DNA of 16,976 nucleotides, taken from the NCBI RefSeq assembly GCF_006345805.1, contig NW_021824945.1:1-16976 (forward strand), written 5' to 3'. Under the pieces are notes generated by a model. The model saw only the letters and a program-made list of their open reading frames with translations, ran no database searches and was not told the DNA's origin. The stretch comes from Octopus sinensis (taxonomy: Eukaryota). The position numbers and the translations under genes were made by a program. Positions 1 to 9,223 of this stretch are shown here, piece after piece (the stretch's first letter is position 1; each line of letters begins with the position of its first letter).

Positions 1-37
1 CAGGTGTTTGTTCAACCTTTGCGATATCCACGCAGTA

Positions 38-97
38 ACAACAACAACAACAACAATAACAACAACGACAATAAAACAACAACAATAATAATAATAA
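38..97. repeat. (AAC)n/(AAT)n microsatellite
   Basis: Direct reading: acaacaacaac...aataataataat. Confidence 0.95.
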
Positions 98-279
98 TTT
101 CTACTAAAGGCTCAAAGCCTGAAATTTGTGGGAAGGGCACTAGTTGATTATATCGACCCTAGTGTTTCACTGTACTTAATTTATCAATCCCGAAAAGATG
201 AAAGGCAAAGTCGACCTCAGTGGAATTTGAACTCAGAACGTAGCGGCAGACGAAATATTGCTAAACATTTCAACGCTAA
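98..279 (-). mobile_element. tRNA-derived SINE, family A, monomer lacking most of the 5' head
   Basis: Reverse complement carries B-box-like GAGTTCAAATTCC and the body GTCGACTTTGCCTTTCATC...; matches copies at 6236-6793 and 13398-13794; its tail matches the terminal tail at 13398-13450. Confidence 0.9.
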
Positions 280-285
280 GCTTTG

Positions 286-303
286 ATAACAACAACAACA
301 AAA

Positions 304-368
<65 letters not shown>
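286..368. repeat. (AAC)n/(AAT)n microsatellite, likely Dong/R4 target site
   Basis: Direct reading; it abuts the 5' end of the R4-like element. Dong elements are known to target TAA repeats. Confidence 0.9.
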
Positions 369-369
<1 letters not shown>

Positions 370-558
370 ACCAGGGGACGAAGATACACCGGGGGTCGGA
401 AGATACACCGGGGGACGGAAGATACACCGGGGGACGGAAGATACACCGGGGGGGGGGCGGGGGGCGAGATACACCGGGGGACGTTTAAAGATACACCGGG
501 GGACGTTTAAAGATACACCAGGGGACGTTTAAAAGATACACCGGGGGACGTTTAAGAT
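366..558 (+). repeat. G-rich minisatellite, 9 units with core GATACACCGGGGGACG
   Basis: Units of about 17-28 bp: early ones end in (G)GAA, unit 5 has an expanded G run, units 6-9 end in TTTAA(A). Confidence 0.95.
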
Positions 559-564
559 GTAAGA

Positions 565-2081
565 ATGATAAAACAGAGCTCCGGAATCTATCCACAAACA
601 TCGAAAACAAGGACATCCTATGGAGCCAAAGATTTACTAACAAAGGATTGGACTGTACCCGAGTTAGTAATACTAATTGAAATTATTACTATTTTCGAAA
701 CGAAATGATGTATTTTGACTCGATATCATCTCCACCTCTAACACAACACATGTAAACATGCGTGGTACATTACGATCCATAAACACCAGATCATCCCCGA
801 CCCCAAACATCATGTACAAAGGAACTACGAAGAAATTAAATACCACCGATATATTTCAACCCAAGAATAACAATCGGGTGTATACTACTTTAAACTTACA
901 ACACAAAATGTACGAAAACTACACGTGCAAAACAATGTGGCAACAGAAATGAACGGACCGGTACCCTACGAAAATGACGACCGTCAAAATAATGGGCCGG
1001 ACGTGTTCCTCATGTCCCGGCAAATAAAACCAAAGACATAAATGGACACGTGAGGAATACATTTCTATCCTACTCGCATACTTCACAGCAGTGCTCTACC
1101 AAAAAATGAAAACACAACAACAACATACATATAAAATTGGAAGGAAAATAACATAATATAGATTGGATACAGCAATGAACCCTAATAAACTAGCCAACGT
1201 ACGAAGATACCTTCTCCAACGCAAAAAAAATATCAGAAATAGAAATAGAACATCTAAAAGAAAAAATACACCAGGAAAATGTAGATAGAAGCCACACAAC
1301 AATGCCCAATAATATAAACACTGAAACAGTAAAACACGAAGACAACGTAACATTCCCAACAAACCGATGTAAACAAAAAAACAACAAACCCAGACCGTAA
1401 GGATGCATATATACACGACAAACAGCAAGCCAAAACACGGCAAACAACATATAAATAGAAAGAAAGCGACGCAAATCTAAAACCTAGAGACAACGAAGGA
1501 GAGCCTAATGATTATGATAATATAAAAAGTAAAATAGTCAAAGAACTGAAAACCACAGAGCTCAAAATGGACCACCGACCATACTTCCCAAAAATCAAAT
1601 AGACGAACAACAACACCAATAAAACAGCATAACCTAGCCGTCACGGAGCTAATAGCCACTGAAACAAAAAGCGATATCACTGAGCTAAATGACTTAGTAT
1701 ACGCAGCAGCCACTGCAGCCACAAAAGAAGCTGGATACTCACTCAAACCCATCCAAAGAGGAGTACCACCACCCAAACAAACCCTGTGGATAAATAACAT
1801 CCAAAACAAAATACAAAAAATGAGAAAAGATCTGTCGATTCTTAATGAAATCAGTAGCGTTGATGCTACTGAGCAACAAAAAGAAAACAAAAATACTCCG
1901 CAAATATAACATCACAGAAAAAGATTTACCTGAGATAAAAGAAAAGCTGAAGCAAGATATCCTTGCCAAAGCACAAAGGATCCGCCGGTACGAGAAACGC
2001 CAGCGCTTCTTTGAACAAAACAAAAAGTTCAACTCCAACCCCAAAATGTTCTACCAAGAACTTGGCAAAAGCAGCACCAAC
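565..2081 (+). mobile_element. Dong/R4-clade non-LTR retrotransposon, degenerate N-terminal ORF region, truncated before the RT domain
   Basis: Frameshifted pieces KWTREEYISILLAYF, MNPNKLANVRRYL, ITELNDLVYAAA, LWINNIQNKIQKMRKDLSILNE and LKQDILAKAQRIRRYEKRQRFFEQNKKFNSNPKMFYQELG resemble the pre-RT region of R4/Dong ORFs (recalled motifs). Confidence 0.8.
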
Positions 2082-2085
2082 GGCT

Positions 2086-2505
2086 ATTTTATAGCGTGCT
2101 TTCACTTCACTACCGAGCGCAGCTCTGTGTGCCTTGGGTATGTGCTGTGTTTTGTTGTGATGTTCTTATGGTTACTGTATTGAAAGTGTTTTGCATAGGC
2201 TGTGGACAGCGCCCAGTAGTGCAATTTTCTGTATGTTATATGTGTTTGTAAGTCCTGGTGTTTTTGTTATGTATTTGTCTGAATATTTTTTTATCATGCC
2301 TAATGCACCTACTATGATAGGAATTATTTCTGTTTTTAGATTCCACATTCTGGTTACCTCTATTTCCAGGTCTTTGTATTTTGAAAGTTTCTCCATTTCT
2401 TTTAGAGACACGTTGTCATCCGCTGGTATTGATACATCAATTAGAAATAATTTTTTCTTCGTGATATCTGACAACTATATCTGGTCTGTAGGCCTTAATC
2501 TCTCT
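2086..2505 (-). mobile_element. Dong/R4-clade retrotransposon 3' end: restriction-like endonuclease domain plus 3' UTR
   Basis: Minus strand reads IKAYRPDIVV, then after a frameshift FLIDVSIPADDNVSLKEMEKLSKYKDLEIEVTRMW...IPIIVGALG...IQKIALLG, i.e. the PD..D and K..KY motifs of RLE domains; stop at 2172, then about 85 nt of UTR. Confidence 0.9.
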
Positions 2506-2512
2506 TATTATT

Positions 2513-2543
<31 letters not shown>

Positions 2544-2591
2544 GTAGTAGTAGTAGTAGTAGTTGTTGTTGTAGTAGTAGTAGTAGTTGTT

Positions 2592-2626
<35 letters not shown>

Positions 2627-2642
2627 TGTTGTCGTTGTTGTT

Positions 2643-2675
<33 letters not shown>

Positions 2676-2676
2676 G

Positions 2677-2715
<39 letters not shown>

Positions 2716-2727
2716 TAATAATGATAT
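2506..2727. repeat. Compound trinucleotide microsatellite (TAT)/(TAG)/(TTG)/(AAT)
   Basis: Direct reading. Confidence 0.95.
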
Positions 2728-2829
2728 TGTTTACAAAGCAACATTAACAGCAACAACGATATTCAGTACAACGAAAATTAGTCTCAATGTTACAATCGTT
2801 GACAACAACATGTCGATGATGAACAAACA

Positions 2830-2965
2830 TGAGAGAGTAAAGAGAGAGAGGAGGAGACAGAGTGGCAGAGAGGGAGAGAGCGACAGAGAGTCAGAGAGAG
2901 AGGAGAGAGAGAGGGTAAAGGTAAAAGAGCGGAGGAAAGGGAGACCAAAGAGAGGAAAGAGAAAC
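2830..2965. repeat. GA-rich low-complexity tract
   Basis: Direct reading. Confidence 0.85.
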
Positions 2966-3247
2966 AGGCGTAGGTGTGTGTATGTGGAAGGAGAACGGTA
3001 AGCGTGGGGGGGTGGGTGGGTGGGGGGATGCAGTTTAGAGTAGCGAGCGTAGAGCGGATGTGAATGTTCCTGGCTCTATAAAACTGATATATATTAATTA
3101 ACACCAATCATTGATTAGGTGTTGGTGCTGTAGCGTTAGTTCTTGATGAAGCATAAGGACCCCGGATTGAATTACACACATCACACATACACATATACAC
3201 ACACACGGATGCAAACATTCGCACACGTACAAACATGCATGCACTTG

Positions 3248-3303
3248 CATTCTCGCATTCTCACATTCTCACATTCTCGCATTCTCACATTCTCACATTC
3301 TCA
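3248..3303. repeat. Octamer tandem repeat (CATTCTCR)x7
   Basis: Seven units with last base G,A,A,G,A,A,A. Confidence 0.95.
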
Positions 3304-3380
3304 CACATGCGTCTTCTTCTCGCTAAATGACAGATAAAATCACATGTTATAGCGAGAATCGCATTTGCATCTCACTGAAC

Positions 3381-3382
<2 letters not shown>

Positions 3383-3435
<53 letters not shown>

Positions 3436-3438
3436 GTT

Positions 3439-3493
<55 letters not shown>

Positions 3494-3496
3494 GTT

Positions 3497-3555
<59 letters not shown>

Positions 3556-3558
3556 GTT

Positions 3559-3622
<64 letters not shown>

Positions 3623-3659
3623 CCTGTCTATCTATCTATCTATCTATCTATCTACCAAC

Positions 3660-3739
<80 letters not shown>

Positions 3740-3750
3740 ATGTTTGTCTG

Positions 3751-3846
<96 letters not shown>

Positions 3847-3992
3847 TCTATCTGTCTGTCTGTCTGTCTGTCTTTCTGTCTATCTATTATATATATATAT
3901 ATATAGGAATATATGCATGTATGTAAGCATGTGTGTGTCTGTGTTTGTGTATATATATATATATGTATTTGTATATATACATACACGCACAG

Positions 3993-4038
<46 letters not shown>

Positions 4039-4060
4039 GTATATATATATCCATATATTT
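3383..4060. repeat. (TATC)n/(TGTC)n tetranucleotide array followed by (TA)/(TG)/(CA) repeats
   Basis: Direct reading; source of the spurious IYLS ORFs. Confidence 0.97.
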
Positions 4061-4103
4061 AAATAGACAGATATTGTAATAATTAGGCAGATGGATAACG
4101 AGC

Positions 4104-4334
4104 AAGAGAGCGCGGAGAGCGAGGAGAGGAAAGCAGAAAACTGAGGAGAGAAGGAGAGTGAGGAACGAAGAAGATTGAGGAGAGAGGGGGGTGCGGAGAG
4201 ACGAGGAGTAAGGAGAAGGAGAGAGTGAGGAGAGATTGAGAGTGAGTTGACTTATCGGCAGAAACTCAGAAACCTACATAGAGACAGACAGACACACAAA
4301 CAGACAGACAGACAGACAGACAGGCAGACAGACA
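4104..4334. repeat. GA-rich tract and (CAGA)n repeat
   Basis: Direct reading. Confidence 0.85.
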
Positions 4335-4469
4335 GTTTCGGGTAGGCTTAAAGCGGCCAGGTTCATGCTTTCTCTCTGTCTCTTTCTCTATCATATGAGA
4401 AATTGAGAGATGATCCGTGTAACGTAATTCTGGATGGCAAATATTGTAAAAATATTAGCAACACAATAT

Positions 4470-4549
4470 CAAGATGGCTGCCGCTGTAGTTTGACACCCG
4501 ACATCAATACCGGAAGATGTGTTGCTCTTCCTGTTTGGTTTCGGTATGT
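4470..4549 (+). promoter_or_regulatory. Candidate promoter-proximal first exon: YY1-like and ETS-like motifs plus splice donor
   Basis: CAAGATGGCTGCC at 4470-4482, ACCGGAAG at 4509-4516, CTTCCTGT at 4527-4534, G|GTATGT donor at 4543/4544. Motif match only. Confidence 0.35.
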
Positions 4550-4636
4550 ATGTTTGTTTGTTAGCTTCTGCGTTTGTTTCTCCTTCTTGTTATTAACGAT
4601 GTCATTAACATCATCGTTATCATCTCCTTCATTACT

Positions 4637-5040
<404 letters not shown>

Positions 5041-5055
5041 CATGTTCAACTGAAC

Positions 5056-5247
5056 TAGTAGTGGTAGTGTTGGTAGTTGTAGTAGCAAATGTAGTAGTTG
5101 TAATAGTAGTAGTATAAAGTCGTAACAAGGATGGTGGTGGTGGTGGTGGTGGTGGTGATGGTGATGGTGGTGGTGGTGGTGAAGAAATAGTAGTAGTGGT
5201 GGTGGTGGTGAAGAAATAGTAGTAGTGGTGGCAGCAGCAGCAGCTGT

Positions 5248-5293
<46 letters not shown>
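5056..5293. repeat. Compound (GTA)/(GGT)/(GCA) trinucleotide repeats
   Basis: Direct reading. Confidence 0.93.
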
Positions 5294-5484
5294 TTTAATA
5301 TTTCTTGATTAATTAACATATCGACACTCGAAATTCTACGCCATTCCCATCGCAACTGCAAACAACTACAGCTCCAACATCATGAACATCAACATCAACA
5401 ATAATAATTATGAGATGTTTTTTATTATAATTTTTGTTTTAATCTTTTCTGACTTGTTACAAGATCAATTAGATGACATATTTA

Positions 5485-5785
5485 TGTCGTTGTTGTTAGA
5501 ATTGTGGTGGTGGTGGTGGTGGTTGTTGGTGTTGTTGGTGGTGGTGGCGGCGGCGGTGGAGGTGGTGGTGGTGGTGGTGGTTGTAGTGGTGGTGGTGGCG
5601 GAGGTAGAGTTGGTGGCGGAGGTGGCGGTGATGGTTGTGATAATGGTGTTGATGATCGTGATAATAGCCACGTTGATGATCTTCGTAATGGTGATGATGA
5701 TGATGATGATAATATTGATGTCGGTGAGAGTAATTATGATAACGATGGTGATGGTGATAGTGAGGATGATGATAATGACGACGAC
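5485..5785. repeat. Degenerate (GGT)/(GAT) trinucleotide repeats
   Basis: Direct reading. Confidence 0.9.
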
Positions 5786-5789
5786 AAAG

Positions 5790-6995
5790 GGGTTTGAATG
5801 CCTACATCGCCTCTCGTTTGGCCAGACGGGAGAATTTACTTTTCCGCTTCCTATGGAAAGGCTACGTTCCACTGGTCAGCCGGTCCATCTGTTGCTAGTA
5901 GCATCTGGAAAACGGGTTTCGTATTACAATCTCCGTTCAAATCAGGCCGAGTTCGTCATTTATAAATTTTCCTGGACAGCGAGCAGATATGATTTCCAGT
6001 TGCAAGACATGCCTTTCCACAGCTCATCTATTTGACGGAGCTGCAGTCCTGAAAAAAAAAAAAAGAAACAAAAGACTAAGATTGGGAACCTGGCATCTGA
6101 AACGTCAATGCTCGCTGCCTTCTATTAGGTGGGCAATGGAGCTGATGGAGGGTCTGCGTCAGAAATATACAGAAACGAGTTGGCAGAAACGTTAGCGTGA
6201 CGGGCGAAATACCTAACGGTATTTCGTCTGCCGAAGGCGGCGAGCTGGCAAAGACGTTAGCACGCCGGGCGAAATGCTGAGCGGTATTTCGTCTGCCGCT
6301 ACGTTCTGAGTTCAAATTCCGCCGAGGTCGACTTTACATTTCATCCTTTTGGGGTCGATAAATTAAGTACCAGTTACGCACTGGGGTCGATATAATCAAC
6401 TTAATCCATTTGTCTGTCCTTGTTTGTTCCTTCTGCGTTTAGCCCCTTGTGGGTAGTAAAGAAATTGGTATTTCGTCTGCCGCCACGTTCTGAGTTCAAA
6501 TTCCACTGAGGTCGACTTTGACTTCATCCTTTCGGGGCCGATTAAATAAGTTTGTCTGTCTTTGATTGTCCTCTCTGTGTTTAGTCCCTTGTGAGCAGTA
6601 AAGAAATAGGTATTTCGTCTTGTGCCACGTTCTGAGTTCAAATTCCGCCGAGGTCGACTTTGCCTTTCAACCTTTTGGGGGAACGATTAAATAAGTACCA
6701 GTTACCCACTGGGGTCGATATAATAGACTTAATCCGTTTGTCTGTCCTTGTTTGTTCCTTCTGTGTGTAGCCCTTATGAGCAGTAAAGAAATAAGAAATA
6801 TATAGAAACCTCGAGCAAGCTTTAGGTATCGATGAGGATGAACTAGCTTCTCTGCTTCGAAGGAATTTAGGGCCAGGAACTACCATGGAAAAATTCCAGA
6901 AATCTAAGGTTTGGCCGTGCTACCGGAAAGCAGCACTGGTTCAAAAAGCGCTACCAAGCGGAACTGTCCGAGACGCACGCAAAGCGACAAAGTTG
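5790..6995 (+). mobile_element. Degenerate L1/Tx1-type LINE ORF2 fragment (post-RT region), interrupted by a SINE at 6177-6793
   Basis: Manual translation: NAYIAS..ENLLFRFLWKGYVPLVSRSICC**HLENG; ARHAFPQLIYLTELQS; after removing the SINE, SEIYRNLEQALGIDEDELASLLRRNLGPGTTMEKFQKSKVWPCYR. F-x-F-L-W-x-G is typical of L1/Tx1 ORF2 (recalled). Confidence 0.7.
6177..6793 (+). mobile_element. tRNA-derived SINE, family A, concatemer (partial head + full unit + two headless units) with 16-bp TSD
   Basis: A-box-like TGGCAAAGACGTTAG, B-box-like GAGTTCAAATTCC three times; units start at 6236, 6467 and 6609; flanks AGAAATATACAGAAAC (6161-6176) and AGAAATATATAGAAAC (6794-6809). Confidence 0.92.
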
Positions 6996-7086
6996 TAAGT
7001 ACTGAGGTCGATTCATCGACTAAAATTCGTTAGGCAGTGCCCCTGCATGGCCCGCAGCTCTGGAGCTGAAACTAGTTAAGGAGTTA
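6996..7086 (+). mobile_element. Solo retroposon 3' tail module
   Basis: Similar to 8954-9044 and to the 3' ends of family B SINEs (9531-9610, 14430-14513). Confidence 0.8.
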
Positions 7087-7087
7087 T

Positions 7088-7205
7088 ACACGCAAACACA
7101 CGCCCACATATTCACACTCACACACACACACACACACACAGACACACACACACACGCACAACACACACACGCACACACACACACACACACATATATCTAT
7201 TATAT
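7088..7205. repeat. (CA)n microsatellite
   Basis: Direct reading. Confidence 0.95.
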
Positions 7206-7629
7206 AAAATTACAAAAATCGATTCTAGGTGAGAATGCGATCGATAAAACTGTTTTTGTCCTGCTTTTCTTCCCTCAACCTGTACGTAACTGCACCTTTC
7301 ATTTTTTTGTTGTTTTTGTACTGCTTAAAGGCACGTTTCTTACCTGCCAAGCTTACTGTTTAAACCATGTTTGTGTTCACCCAGTCAACAGCCTTATTAT
7401 TACTGGTACTTTAAACTCTTCGGTTGCATATTTGTGTGAATAAAATCGTAAAGTCTTATCTTTATTTCTCCTTTTGCTGGTGTCTCAAATCTAGGTTAAA
7501 TCAGTGTTTCTCAAAGGCCTATGGGACGGTCGGACAAGTTGTTTTGACAAAATTTGGTTCAAACGTTTGACAACTCAGCACCGTCCATTAGACGGGTGGG
7601 GGGCGTTTTGCTCGTATATATATATATAT

Positions 7630-8956
7630 GATAGTTTAATCCTTATGCAATGTCTGACCACCTCCTGTACCTACACATTAGATCCATTATGACCTCTGAT
7701 GTGACTTTTTATACCAAACAATATAGTGAAAAGACGACGTGGATCACTAAGAGCTGCTGTTAAGTTCTGATCTTTGTGGATCTTAAAATTTCTTTTGAGA
7801 CCTCCATTGGATTTTCAGACCTTATGGCATACACGGCATTGAATGGTGTGCACAGATATATAGGTAGAATAGTTGGTGGGGTTCGTTTTTCACGGGCTCG
7901 CAAATGAAACTTGGGTCTAGGAAAAGAAATGCATGGTCTGTCACAAACTGTGCACACAAAAATGTCTCTGAAATTCACCTTTTCGATCACAAGATTCTTC
8001 TTAAAATCTCTCACGAGTCTTGCATGTGTTATTCTGGCTTCCTCAAACACTCTCACTCCACTCCACACATTTGTTTGCCATCCAGATCGATCCGAAGCAA
8101 GGGCTTCTATGGCGTTTGGGCCCATTCGAAGTGACTTCATGATGGTTCTTATACCGTTTCAAACATCTTTTTAGGTTTACATCGATTGCGCTTTACATTT
8201 GCAATCTCGCCATAAAACAGTTGTTTGGATGTGCGTTCATTCACCATTCGAACAATATAGCCAGACCATCTCATTTGGTTTCTCGGAATTATTTAATTGA
8301 AGAGACGTCTGCATATTCAAAGACATTTGTGTCTGGATTTAAAATGTCCCATTTGACATTTAAAATGTGGACGCACATGGCCAAGTGGTTAGAGCGGCGG
8401 ACTCGTGGTCGAGGGATCGCGGGTTCGAATCTCAGACCGAGCGATGAGTGTGCGTATGAGCGAAACACCTAAGCTTCACGAGGCTCCGGCAAAAGGTAAT
8501 GCCGAACTTCTGCTGACTCTTTCGCCACAACTTTCTCTCACTCTTTGCTCCTGCCTCTTGCAGCTCACCTGCGACGGACCGGCATCCCGTCCAGGTGGGG
8601 AACCTATACGCCAAGGAAACCGGGAAACCGGCCCTTATGAGCCAGGCATGGCTCGAGATGGAACAAATAATATTTAAAATGCGGCGAAGGCCTTTTTGGT
8701 GGAATCGTTCTAACAATTTGAAATGTCTTTCATAACACGTCCATGTTTCAGAAAAATACAACAGGGATGGTAAGACAAATGATTTGTAAAGAGCCAATTT
8801 TGTGTTGATATTTATATGTCGTTGGCACACAACGCGTGATTCCAAACCACCAAATGCTTGTGCTACCCTGTCAATTCGCAAATGTATTTCTGTGTCCAGA
8901 TTTCCATCACTTTCTACAGAGCTTCCAAGGTAGATGAAAGAGTCGAGAACCTCAAG
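7630..8956 (-). mobile_element. RTE-clade LINE 3' fragment (end of RT, C-terminal region, zinc fingers, short 3' UTR), interrupted by a SINE
   Basis: LEVLDSFIYLGSSV, TKLALYKSFVLPSLLYFSETWT, LERFHQKGLRRILN|VKW, QMRWSGYIVRM..RTSKQLFYGE and ASDRSGW are characteristic RTE motifs; stop at 7671-7673, about 40 nt UTR, then an (AT)n tail at 7615-7630. Confidence 0.92.
8369..8671 (+). mobile_element. tRNA-derived SINE, family C, with TSD
   Basis: A box TGGCCAAGTGG, B box GGTTCGAATCT; internal CCTGCGACGGACCGGCATCCCGTCCAGG resembling the V-SINE domain; flanks ATTTAAAATGTGG (8358-8370) and ATTTAAAATGCGG (8672-8684). Confidence 0.9.
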
Positions 8957-9044
8957 TTCTGGGCTCGATTCATTCGACAAAAGTTCTCCGAGGCGGTGCC
9001 CCAGCATGGCCGCAGCTCTCGAGCTGAAACTATTTAAGGAGTTA
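8954..9044 (+). mobile_element. Solo retroposon 3' tail module
   Basis: Near-copy of 6996-7086, ending GCTGAAACTATTTAAGGAGTTA and followed by (TA)n. Confidence 0.8.
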
Positions 9045-9045
9045 A

Positions 9046-9065
9046 ATATATATATATCTATATCT

Positions 9066-9119
<54 letters not shown>

Positions 9120-9127
9120 TATAATAT

Positions 9128-9182
<55 letters not shown>

Positions 9183-9198
9183 ATTCAATATATATATT
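9046..9198. repeat. (TA)n microsatellite
   Basis: Direct reading. Confidence 0.97.
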
Positions 9199-9223
9199 CC
9201 CGGCCGATGCAAATATCTTTATA

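Noticed and set aside
366-558. CRISPR-like array
   Set aside because: Units are directly adjacent with no unique spacers, there are no cas genes, and the context is eukaryotic.
3327-4105. Long ORFs of 199 and 233 aa (IYLS repeats)
   Set aside because: Translations of (TATC)n and dinucleotide repeats that simply lack stops.
7030-7075. Hammerhead ribozyme suggested by stem-loop followed by GAAAC
   Set aside because: No CUGANGA core upstream of the stem in any of the four tail copies.
7339-7495. Minus-strand exon ending at a strong CAG|GTAAGA donor (7344/7343)
   Set aside because: The most plausible frame from the nearest acceptor hits a stop and gives no recognisable protein; a non-coding exon cannot be excluded.
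7502-7515. hAT-like terminus CAGTGTTTCTCAAA
   Set aside because: No matching inverted partner or transposase found in the window.
8369-8445. Functional tRNA gene
   Set aside because: It continues into a SINE body bounded by a TSD and lacks a proper acceptor stem; the same applies to the other tRNA-like heads.
8432-9007. Intact 191-aa reverse transcriptase gene
   Set aside because: Chimera of three repeats; no catalytic YADD region; downstream RTE sequence has stops and frameshifts.
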